Below, piece by piece: positions 28,388-36,218 of a DNA stretch of 64,000 nt. Numbering within the stretch: position 1 is the first letter of the stretch; every line of letters starts with the position of its first letter. The notes beneath the pieces were generated by a model that was given only the letters and a program-made list of their open reading frames with translations, was not told the origin of the DNA and did not search any database. The stretch covers positions 432 through 64,431 of the forward strand of contig CAZFYA010000003.1 of assembly GCA_964523705.1 (NCBI GenBank). Direction: 5' to 3'. The DNA comes from an uncultured Gammaproteobacteria bacterium (GTDB lineage Bacteria; Patescibacteriota; Microgenomatia; Levybacterales; UBA12049). The translations under genes were made by a program, and so were the position numbers.

Positions 28388-30750
28388 GCTTAACAGACGC
28401 TTTAACAACCAGTAATTTATTAATGGGAATGATAATGTTTATTGCCTACTTGCTTTTAGTGGCAATTATCGCCTTTGTTCTATTTATAATTTTCTACACC
28501 CTTTTTCTCTTTTATAAAAATAGAAATAGGGAAAAAGAATCTTTAGACTCTGTTTTGCTTCAGGTTGCCCTACCAAGAGATAATGAGATAAAAATTGATG
28601 CTGCAGAACAGCTATTTTCTTCTCTTGCTTCAATAAAAAAGGGTGGATTTTTAAAACTTCAGCCACACATTTCTTTTGAAATAATTGGAATTCCAGGAGA
28701 TATTCGTTTTTATGTTCATGCACCGAACAATTTAAAAGATTTAGTAGAAAAACAAATCAACGGAGCTTATCCTGACGCAGAGATAAAAATAGTGGACGAG
28801 GAAAGCTTAAAAGAGGGCTTTATAATCGGAAACGAATATAATATTTTTTCAAAACAAGGAAAGGTTGCCTTTACTTCTTTAAAGCTTAAAACATCAAATT
28901 ATTATCCGATAAAAGTATATAAAGACCTAGCAGTTGATCCCTTATCTTCGATAACTTCAGTGCTTGCTAAAATGACCGAAGGAGAGGGAGCAGCCATTCA
29001 GGTAATAATAAGTCCGGCAAAAGATAAATGGAAGAAAATGGGAAGAGGTTTTCTTTCAAGAATTAAAAAAGGAGAAGCAAACCCGGAGACTGCTAAATAC
29101 TCCGCGGATTCAAAAGAATTAGAAGCAGTGGAGGGAAAAATATCAAAACCGGGCTTTGATACTGTGATTAGAATTGTTGTTTCATCAAGCACAACTGAAT
29201 CTGCTAATGCACACTTGGGAAATATTATGACCAGCTTTGGGCAATTTAGCGGCATAAATTCATTTACTAAAAACAAACACTTTTTTAAGGGCTTGTTTAT
29301 GAATGATTTTATTTACCGTTTTATGCCAATGCGAGGACAGTCATCTGTTTTAACAAGCGAGGAATTAGCAACTGTTTATCATTTTCCAAATAAAGCAATA
29401 ACAACTCCTCATATTCACTGGCTTAATTCAAAAAGAGCACCTGCTCCTGCAAAAATTCCAGTATCAGGACTTTTTCTTGGTAAAAGTACTTACAGGGGTT
29501 TATCAAAACCGGTATATATACAACAGGATGATAGAAGAAGACACATGTATGTTATTGGAAAAACAGGTGTTGGAAAATCAGAATTTTTAAAGGACATGAT
29601 TTTACAAGATATTAAAAATGGGGAAGGGGTTTGCTTTATTGATCCACACGATACTATTGATAAACTGCTTCCGCTTATTCCACCGGAGCGGGCAGAAGAC
29701 GTAATTCTTTTTGAGCCATCAGACACTGAAAGGCCAATGGGATTAAACATGCTTGAAGCTCAAACAGAAGATCAAAAACACTATGTTGTCTCATCAATAA
29801 TTGGCTTAATGTACAAGCTTTATGATCCTAATAAAACCGGAATTATTGGGCCAAGATTTGAACATGCAATTAGAAATGCAATGTTAACAGTAATGTCTGA
29901 ACCCGGAAATACTTTTGTTGAGGTGGTTAGGGCGTTAACTGATTCAAGTTTTGTTGAAGAACTTTTGCCAAAAGTACAAGACCCAATGGTAAGAAGGTAC
30001 TGGACAGATCAAATCGCCCAAACTTCAGATTTTCATAAATCAGAAGTCTTAGATTACATTGTTTCAAAATTTAGCAGATTCGTAAGTAATAAGATGATGA
30101 GAAATATTATTGGTCAATCTGATTCTGCTTTTAATTTTAGAAAAGCAATGGATGAGGGGAAAATTCTTCTAATCTCCTTATCTAAGGGGAGGATTGGGGA
30201 GGAAAATTCAAGCTTTTTAGGTCTTGTATTAGTGCCAAAAATCTTAGTTGCAGCTATGAGTAGACAAGATACACCGGAGGATAAGAGGCGTGATTTTTAT
30301 CTTTATGTTGATGAGTTTCAAAATTTTGCCACACCTGACTTTGCCCAAATCTTATCAGAGGCCAGGAAATACAGGCTTAATTTAATAGTTGCCAACCAAT
30401 TTATTGGCCAAATGGATGAGGAGGTTAAAAATGCTATTTTTGGAAATGTTGGGACACTAGTTTCTTTTAGGGTTGGAGTAACAGATGCTAATTACCTTCA
30501 GCATGAATACCAACCGGTATTTACTGAGGCAGATCTTATTAATGTTGACAGGTTTAATGCTTACATTAAAACAGTAGTTAATGGAGAACCGGTTCCGCCG
30601 TTCTCAATGGATTTAACGCGTGACATGGTAGAGGAAAAGAAACAAGAAAACCAAAGAGTAGCAGAGTTAATTAGAGAGCTTTCAAGGCTAAAATTCGGAA
30701 GAGATGCTCAAACCGTTGAAAAAGAAATTGCCCAAAGAGCAAGACTTTAA
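28384..30750 (+). CDS. VirD4/TraD-like type IV secretion coupling-protein ATPase (TraG/TraD family)
   Basis: Two N-terminal TM helices. Walker A VIGKTGVGKSEF, Walker B LYVDEFQNF, and LIVANQ... as in TraD/TrwB. Confidence 0.65.
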   Translation: MSLTDALTTSNLLMGMIMFIAYLLLVAIIAFVLFIIFYTLFLFYKNRNREKESLDSVLLQVALPRDNEIKIDAAEQLFSSLASIKKGGFLKLQPHISFEIIGIPGDIRFYVHAPNNLKDLVEKQINGAYPDAEIKIVDEESLKEGFIIGNEYNIFSKQGKVAFTSLKLKTSNYYPIKVYKDLAVDPLSSITSVLAKMTEGEGAAIQVIISPAKDKWKKMGRGFLSRIKKGEANPETAKYSADSKELEAVEGKISKPGFDTVIRIVVSSSTTESANAHLGNIMTSFGQFSGINSFTKNKHFFKGLFMNDFIYRFMPMRGQSSVLTSEELATVYHFPNKAITTPHIHWLNSKRAPAPAKIPVSGLFLGKSTYRGLSKPVYIQQDDRRRHMYVIGKTGVGKSEFLKDMILQDIKNGEGVCFIDPHDTIDKLLPLIPPERAEDVILFEPSDTERPMGLNMLEAQTEDQKHYVVSSIIGLMYKLYDPNKTGIIGPRFEHAIRNAMLTVMSEPGNTFVEVVRALTDSSFVEELLPKVQDPMVRRYWTDQIAQTSDFHKSEVLDYIVSKFSRFVSNKMMRNIIGQSDSAFNFRKAMDEGKILLISLSKGRIGEENSSFLGLVLVPKILVAAMSRQDTPEDKRRDFYLYVDEFQNFATPDFAQILSEARKYRLNLIVANQFIGQMDEEVKNAIFGNVGTLVSFRVGVTDANYLQHEYQPVFTEADLINVDRFNAYIKTVVNGEPVPPFSMDLTRDMVEEKKQENQRVAELIRELSRLKFGRDAQTVEKEIAQRARL

Positions 30751-30760
30751 CCCCTTTTGT

Positions 30761-30788
30761 TTGAAGATTAACAAAATCTTGGTATAAT
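30761..30788 (+). promoter_or_regulatory. Promoter for tRNA-Ile (TTGAAG-16-TATAAT)
   Basis: TTGAAG at 30761-30766 and TATAAT at 30783-30788, 14 nt before the tRNA 5' end. Confidence 0.45.
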
Positions 30789-30802
30789 TCAATAGTAATT
30801 TT

Positions 30803-30876
30803 GCTCCTGTAGCTCAGTGGCAGAGCGCTACTCTTATAAAGTAGATGTCCTTGGTTCGAATCCAAGCAGGAGCACA
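30803..30876 (+). tRNA. tRNA-Ile with anticodon TAT (UAU); no CCA encoded
   Basis: GCTCCTG-TA-GCTC-AGTGGC-AGAGC-G-CTACT-CTTATAA-AGTAG-ATGTC-CTTGG-TTCGAAT-CCAAG-CAGGAGC-A. Anticodon loop CTTATAA puts TAT at positions 34-36. Confidence 0.8.
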
Positions 30877-30878
30877 AT

Positions 30879-31739
30879 TTAAAGTTCTGTGAGAACTGAA
30901 GATTCTTTTCCCCTTTCAGGAACATATTGAAGATATCGCTCAGTTGTAGATAGTCTTTTATGTCCTAAAACCTTAGATAACATTACTAAAGAAATCCCAT
31001 GTTTTAAATGATGAGCAACAAAAGTATGTCTTAAATCATTAACTTTTGCTCCTTTAATTTCAGCTAATCTAAAATATCTTTCAACAGCAGTTCTAATATT
31101 TCTGATTAAAAATGGCTTTCCGGATTTTGTAATAAATAATGTTTCTTCAGTTGTTTTAGGTCTTACTTCCAGATATTTTTCTAAAGCATCTTTTGCTCTT
31201 TTATTAAGGGGGACCATTCTTTCCTCGTGTTTTTCAAAAGGAGCAATATATAGACTGTCTTTTTTAATATCTGAAAGTTTTAGGGCTGCCAATTCTCCAA
31301 TTCTAATACCGGTTTGAAGTAAAAGCTCAATAATGGCATACATTCTGGCATCATTTCTTGCAGCATCTCTTAATGCTCTGTATTCTGTTGGTGTTAAAAT
31401 TCTAGGTGGAGCAAGTTGATAAGTAGGGTGGGCAATTAAAAGCGATGGATCATCTGTAATATATTCATTTATTTTTAAAAACCTATAAAAAGTTCTGGTA
31501 GAGTTAATTTTTCTAGATACTGACTTTGGAGTATAACCCTCCTTGTTCATTTTTGCTAAAAAAGCCTCTAGGTCTTCTTTGGCTACATCATGAACATGAG
31601 CTTTTTTAAGCTCTTCAAGAAAAACTACAAGCTGATCAATATCTTTTCCGTAGGCAACTACGGTTGAGTTTGAATGCTTGTTATCCTGTAAATATTTTTT
31701 AAATCGCTCGTGGGCATCCCGAAGCTTAATTGGCGTCAT
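30879..31739 (-). CDS. XerC/XerD-family tyrosine site-specific recombinase
   Basis: 286 aa. C-terminal R...HxxR...LGHKRLSTTERYLQY with the catalytic Tyr. The N-terminal SAM-like domain is typical of Xer proteins. Confidence 0.75.
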   Translation of the reverse strand: MTPIKLRDAHERFKKYLQDNKHSNSTVVAYGKDIDQLVVFLEELKKAHVHDVAKEDLEAFLAKMNKEGYTPKSVSRKINSTRTFYRFLKINEYITDDPSLLIAHPTYQLAPPRILTPTEYRALRDAARNDARMYAIIELLLQTGIRIGELAALKLSDIKKDSLYIAPFEKHEERMVPLNKRAKDALEKYLEVRPKTTEETLFITKSGKPFLIRNIRTAVERYFRLAEIKGAKVNDLRHTFVAHHLKHGISLVMLSKVLGHKRLSTTERYLQYVPERGKESSVLTEL

Positions 31740-31834
31740 AATATTATCCTATAATATCACTAAAATTACCTATAGTCAAGAAGAAATATTTCGGTAAAAC
31801 CATAAAAAACATGCTATTATAGACAAAATGGCCT

Positions 31835-32176
31835 ATGAAAAAGATAGTTTTTATAATAACAGTAATAATTTTACTTCTAATAATTAATAACCTTTTGCGC
31901 TCAACCTTTGATTTATGGCATAAACAAGACCTTTTAACCAAGGCTCAAAAAGAGCTTATAAAAGAGCAACAATTAAATCAACAGCTTAAAGCAGAGCTAT
32001 CATTTGCTAAAACAAGGGAATTTATTGAAGAAGAGGCAAGAAATAAGCTGTTTATGGTAAGACCCGGAGAACAACCGGTTTTGATACCAGAAGAGCTACT
32101 TAAACCGTATTTATCAGTAGAACCAACTCCAGCAGTCCCAAATTATCAAAAGTGGCTTGATTTATTTACGAAGTAG
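31835..32176 (+). CDS. FtsB/DivIC-like septum formation initiator
   Basis: 113 aa. N-terminal TM helix, then a coiled coil (KAQKELIKEQQLNQQLKAEL), typical FtsB architecture. Confidence 0.5.
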   Translation: MKKIVFIITVIILLLIINNLLRSTFDLWHKQDLLTKAQKELIKEQQLNQQLKAELSFAKTREFIEEEARNKLFMVRPGEQPVLIPEELLKPYLSVEPTPAVPNYQKWLDLFTK

Positions 32177-32987
32177 TATTTGTTGTTAGAAACTCTAAAG
32201 TTCCCTCCCCAAAAAGACTTTTAGTAAAAACTGGTTTCTTTTTTAATTTACTAGAGTCAAGCTTCTCCGCCTTTCCTACAAAAACAAAGTCTAAAGAGTA
32301 TTCATCTTGTAATTCTTCTGCCATTTCCGTATCTGATTGGCTATCTCCAATAGCTACGATGTGTTCTGGTTTAATACCCCTTTCCTTTAACCAGTTAGCA
32401 ATTCTTCTTGCTCCTAAATGTTTTCCAACATGACTATTTTGTATATCAGTAGCAATTGTTGTTGGGTCAATCTTAAGATCAAGCGATTTAAACTCTTTTT
32501 GTTCTAGAATTTCTCTCATTTCTTCAACTAAAATATGTTGTTTTTTTGAATATTTTGCAATAGGGTGTCCATCAATCATTTCTGTTGAAATCATGGTTAA
32601 TTTACTTTCGTCGTAAAACATACAATCACTAAATTTGTCATTAATTAAGTTTCTTATGGCGTTTTGAAGGCTTTTAGGAGTACTAACATTTTTATCAACT
32701 TCAGTAACCCATTCTCCATTTTGAAAGAAAAGCCACGAACCTCCTTTTTCTCCAACAGCCAAGAAATTATCTAAATTTTCTTTATTTTTAACAGCTTTTT
32801 CTATTGGTTTAATAACCCTATCCATCATCCAAGATAGGGAACGACCGGTGTTTAAGGTAACAATATCCCCTTCATCTAATTTCTGAGCAATAGCCTCAAT
32901 TAAGCCTTCTTCCGTTACCTTTTTTTCAGCAGGGTTGGTTATAACTCCGTCAACGTCGAAAATATAACAGTATTTTGGGGTTGTCAT
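32166..32987 (-). CDS. HAD-superfamily hydrolase (Cof-like phosphatase)
   Basis: N-terminal FDVDGVITNP (DxDG motif I) and C-terminal GDSQSD (motif IV). Confidence 0.65.
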   Translation of the reverse strand: MTTPKYCYIFDVDGVITNPAEKKVTEEGLIEAIAQKLDEGDIVTLNTGRSLSWMMDRVIKPIEKAVKNKENLDNFLAVGEKGGSWLFFQNGEWVTEVDKNVSTPKSLQNAIRNLINDKFSDCMFYDESKLTMISTEMIDGHPIAKYSKKQHILVEEMREILEQKEFKSLDLKIDPTTIATDIQNSHVGKHLGARRIANWLKERGIKPEHIVAIGDSQSDTEMAEELQDEYSLDFVFVGKAEKLDSSKLKKKPVFTKSLFGEGTLEFLTTNTTS

Positions 32988-32999
32988 ATTAAAATAGAT

Positions 33000-33290
33000 A
33001 AAAATCTTTGTTGCGGGGCTAGGAGTTGCGCCTAGCCTATGAGATTATGCAATCTGTTTCTCTAATTACTTAGAGTGTCGGACTATATCATCATCCATTT
33101 TCTGGATGCTTGGCGTGTAGTCTCTACGGGATCTTTTTTTAGACTTCCCTCGGTATTGTCCTATCGAAATAGGATTTTACCGATATAGCCAAGTTCTCTT
33201 CTCATTATTGCTAATAAAAAGGGCCCATTTGAGCCTCATGTGCACTGTACACTACCCCGCACGTGAAAGCATTATAACAATTTAACTTTA
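33000..33290 (-). ncRNA. Group I intron-like ribozyme core (P3-P9), on the strand opposite to the adjacent LAGLIDADG ORF
   Basis: Minus-strand assignments, given as plus coordinates. P3 is CUUGGC (33188-33193) paired with GCCAAG (33109-33114). P4 is UCGGUA/UACCGA. P5 is UCCUAU/AUAGGA capped by a UUCG loop. P6 is GGGA...UCCC. P7 is AGACUA (complement of 33118-33123) paired with UAGUC (complement of 33081-33087). P8 is CAUCCA/UGGAUG. P9 is CUCUAA-GUAA-UUAGAG with a GNRA loop. P9.2 is GGCUAGG/CCUAGCC. The S-element-like string GAUAUAGUCC is present. Confidence 0.6.
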
Positions 33291-34052
33291 ATGGGTCAAC
33301 GTTTGACAAAAATAGAACAGGTAGCTATAGTATTAGTACTAATATATTTTGGCAGTTTGATTATGGCAAAATTTGAGCTTAGATTACGGGCACGAGAAAT
33401 GAGAAAAAAAGGAATTAGCGTCAAGGAAATTGCTAACACGTTGGGAATTTCGAAAAGCACAGCTAGTATTTGGGTTAGAGATGTAGTTCTGTCAATTAGT
33501 CAACTAGAGAAATTAAGACAAAAAAGCCTTGATGGAGCAGAGCGTGGGCGTTTAAAAAGTGCTTTAATGCAAAAAAATAGATGGATTAAAAAATTAGAAG
33601 CACATAAGCAAGCAGGAATAAAAACGATTGGTGATTTGGACAAGAGAGAATTTTTTATCGCTGGGCTTGCATTGTATTGGGCAGAGGGAAGTAAAAAAAG
33701 CAGATCTGTAGAATTTTGCAACTCAGATCCCAAGATGATCGTATTTTTAATACGTTGGCTTACGGAATGTTTTTCGATAGGGAAAGAAGAGCTTAGGTGT
33801 AACGTTGGAATAAATGAAATTCACAGGAAAAGAGAGAAAATTATTAATGAATACTGGTCAAATATTACAGGTATTCCATTAAGTCAATTTAGGAAAATAA
33901 TGTATAAAAAAGTTATAAATAAAAAAATCTATGAAAATTACGATAATTATTTTGGAACTCTTGCTGTCAGAGTAATGCAACCATCGAGATTTTATGCTAA
34001 AATCTTAGGGCTAATAGAAGGATTAGCATTTGCCAGCGTAGCTCAGGGGTAG
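33291..34052 (+). CDS. HTH plus single-motif LAGLIDADG homing endonuclease-like protein
   Basis: N-terminal HTH (ISVKEIANTLGISKSTASIWVRDV). LAGLIDADG motif FFIAGLALYWAEGSKK. A possible degenerate second motif GLIEGLAF lies at the extreme C-terminus. The stop codon lies inside the D loop of the downstream tRNA-Met. The real start may be the Met at 33363. Confidence 0.6.
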   Translation: MGQRLTKIEQVAIVLVLIYFGSLIMAKFELRLRAREMRKKGISVKEIANTLGISKSTASIWVRDVVLSISQLEKLRQKSLDGAERGRLKSALMQKNRWIKKLEAHKQAGIKTIGDLDKREFFIAGLALYWAEGSKKSRSVEFCNSDPKMIVFLIRWLTECFSIGKEELRCNVGINEIHRKREKIINEYWSNITGIPLSQFRKIMYKKVINKKIYENYDNYFGTLAVRVMQPSRFYAKILGLIEGLAFASVAQG

Positions 34053-34106
34053 AGCGGACGTTTCATAAGCGTCATGTCGCAGGTTCGAATCCTGCCGTTG
34101 GTACTA
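34032..34106 (+). tRNA. tRNA-Met (anticodon CAT), elongator-type; no CCA encoded
   Basis: GCCAGCG-TA-GCTC-AGGGGTA-GAGC-G-GACGT-TTCATAA-GCGTC-ATGTC-GCAGG-TTCGAAT-CCTGC-CGTTGGT-A. The acceptor stem has two G-U pairs and there is no GGG/CCC run in the anticodon stem, so it is not an initiator. It could alternatively be tRNA-Ile(LAU). Confidence 0.75.
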
Positions 34107-34131
34107 GTAAAATCAAAAATCTCCTTATTTT

Positions 34132-34920
34132 ATGAATAATCAACCAATCGGAATTTATGATTCAGGAGTCGGTGGTCTCTCGGTTTTAAAAGAGCTCAAA
34201 AAACTTTTGCCTAAGGAAAGTTTTGTTTATGTTGCGGATCAAAAATATGTTCCGTATGGTGGAAAAACAACTAAAGAACTTCATAGGTTATCCTCGGATA
34301 TGGTTAAGTTTTTACTTTCTAAAAGGGTTAAGATCGTTGTAGTTGCTTGTAATACCTCAACGGTTCATTCAATATCATATCTTCGCAAAAAGTTTAAATT
34401 ACCAATAATTGGTACAGTGCCAGTTATTAAAACACTGGTTAATATTACTAAAACTAAAAAAACGGCCGTATTTTCAACTCCTGCAACTGCAAGAAGTGCA
34501 TATCTCACGAGATTAATTAATAAATTTGCAAGAGGAATTAAAGTATATAAAGCAGGAGGAACAGGACTTGAAGATTTAATAGAAGAAGGAGATATTTATT
34601 CAGAAAAAATAAAAAAGATTTTAAAAAAACATCTTTTACCTTTAAAAGAAAAAGGAGTTGACACAATTGCTCTTGGTTGTACTCATTACCCATTTCTTAG
34701 AGATCAAATAGAAAAACTAGTGGGGGATAAAATGCAAATAGTTGATTCAGGTGGAGCTGTTGCTAGAAGAACTAAGGAGATATTAATAAAAAATAAGATC
34801 CTTGCAAACAAAAAGGACAAAGATTACTATTACACAACAGGAGATAAAAAGAAGTTTGAAATAGCCTTAAATAAGCTTTTAGGTAAAGAAAAAAGGAAGG
34901 TAGAGTATTTAGAGTTATGA
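34132..34920 (+). CDS. murI: Glutamate racemase
   Basis: IGIYDSGVGGLSV...VVACNT...GCTHYP motifs. Confidence 0.85.
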   Translation: MNNQPIGIYDSGVGGLSVLKELKKLLPKESFVYVADQKYVPYGGKTTKELHRLSSDMVKFLLSKRVKIVVVACNTSTVHSISYLRKKFKLPIIGTVPVIKTLVNITKTKKTAVFSTPATARSAYLTRLINKFARGIKVYKAGGTGLEDLIEEGDIYSEKIKKILKKHLLPLKEKGVDTIALGCTHYPFLRDQIEKLVGDKMQIVDSGGAVARRTKEILIKNKILANKKDKDYYYTTGDKKKFEIALNKLLGKEKRKVEYLEL

Positions 34921-36212
34921 AAATAGACTTCAAAAATAAAAAAATAGCGGTTATAGGAAAGGGAATAGAGGGAGAGGCAAGTTTTAGATTTTTTAAAAAG
35001 GTTGGTGCAAGTGTTGATATTTTAGATAAAAACCAGGGAGAAGACTATCTTAGAAACCTTGATGATTATGACTTAATTGTCAGAAGCCCTGGAGTTAAAC
35101 ATTCTTTATTAAAAGTAAATAAAGATAAAATAACTTCTCAAACAAAACTTTTTTTTGATTTTTGCCCTGGTGAAATAATTGGAATTACCGGAACAAAAGG
35201 AAAGGGGACAACTACCTCTTTAATATATGAAATTCTTAAAAAACAAGGTATTGATGCATATTTAGTTGGGAACATTGGAAAGCCCCCACTTGATATATTG
35301 GACAAATTAACTCCTCAATCAAAAGTGGTATTTGAATTGTCTAGTTTTCAACTTTTGGACCTAGATAAGAGTCCGCATATTGCAGTTTTATTAATGGTAA
35401 CAAGTGAGCACTTGGATTACCATAAAAATTTAGAAGAATATATTGAGGCAAAAAGAAATATTTTAAAATTTCAAAGCGAGAAAGACTTTGCAATAATAAA
35501 CAGGGACTATCCATCAGCTAATGAAGCAGATATTCTAACTAAGGGTAAGATTTTTCAAATATCAACGGAGCAGGATGTTTTAGAAAACGGAGCATTTATT
35601 AAAGATAATGCCATTTGGTATAAAAGGGACGGTGAAGAGGAATTTGTTTGTGAAACTTCTCAAGTTTTACTTCCCGGAAAACACAATTTAGAAAATGTAT
35701 TACCGGCAATTATAGTTTCAAAAATCTATAACACTTCAAATGAAACAATAATTTCTACTTTGGAAAACTTTAAAGGACTTGAGCATAGGCTTGAATTAGC
35801 AAGGGAAATAGGGGGAGTAAAATATTATGATGATTCCTTCTCAACCATTCCAGAAACTGCAATCGCAGCAATTAATGCTTTTGATTCACCAGAGATTTTA
35901 ATCCTGGGGGGATCTGGTAAAAAAAGCGATTTTAAAACTTTAGGAAAAATAATTTCTGAAAATAAAAATATAAAAGCAATTATTGGCATTGGTGAGGAGT
36001 GGAAAAGAATAAAACAAGAGATTTCCGATCCGAACCACAGAATGATTATTGTTGAAGGAGCAAAAAACATGCAGCAAATTGTCTTAGCAGCTTCAAAAAT
36101 AGCAAAAGCAGGAGATGTAGTACTTCTAAGCCCTGCTTGTGCCAGTTTCGGCATGTTTAAAAACTACAAAGACAGAGGTGATCAGTTTAAAAAAGAGGTA
36201 GGAAAGTTATAG
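34917..36212 (+). CDS. murD: UDP-N-acetylmuramoylalanine--D-glutamate ligase
   Basis: Mur ligase P-loop IIGITGTKGKGTT and N-terminal Rossmann fold. Start overlaps the murI stop. Confidence 0.85.
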   Translation: MKIDFKNKKIAVIGKGIEGEASFRFFKKVGASVDILDKNQGEDYLRNLDDYDLIVRSPGVKHSLLKVNKDKITSQTKLFFDFCPGEIIGITGTKGKGTTTSLIYEILKKQGIDAYLVGNIGKPPLDILDKLTPQSKVVFELSSFQLLDLDKSPHIAVLLMVTSEHLDYHKNLEEYIEAKRNILKFQSEKDFAIINRDYPSANEADILTKGKIFQISTEQDVLENGAFIKDNAIWYKRDGEEEFVCETSQVLLPGKHNLENVLPAIIVSKIYNTSNETIISTLENFKGLEHRLELAREIGGVKYYDDSFSTIPETAIAAINAFDSPEILILGGSGKKSDFKTLGKIISENKNIKAIIGIGEEWKRIKQEISDPNHRMIIVEGAKNMQQIVLAASKIAKAGDVVLLSPACASFGMFKNYKDRGDQFKKEVGKL

Positions 36213-36218
36213 AACCTA

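Noticed and set aside
33017-33060. Possible split or 5' half of a tRNA upstream of the LAGLIDADG gene, suggesting an intron-interrupted tRNA-Met
   Set aside because: The downstream tRNA-Met is complete and contiguous from acceptor to acceptor. The upstream hairpin GGCTAGG/CCTAGCC does not form a D arm or an acceptor stem.
32988-33290. RNase P RNA, SRP RNA or 6S RNA as explanations for the structured, higher-GC spacer
   Set aside because: No AGGAAAGUCCGGGCUCC or ACAGAAACCGGCUUA (RNase P), and no SRP domain IV motif, on either strand. The helices fit a group I intron core on the minus strand instead.
30877-34131. Genomic island beginning at tRNA-Ile and carrying the integrase
   Set aside because: The genes immediately beyond the recombinase (an FtsB-like division protein and a HAD phosphatase) look like housekeeping genes. 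The recombinase has Xer-like length and motifs, and no att repeat was noticed by eye. The idea is kept only as a low-weight alternative within the coupling-ATPase finding.
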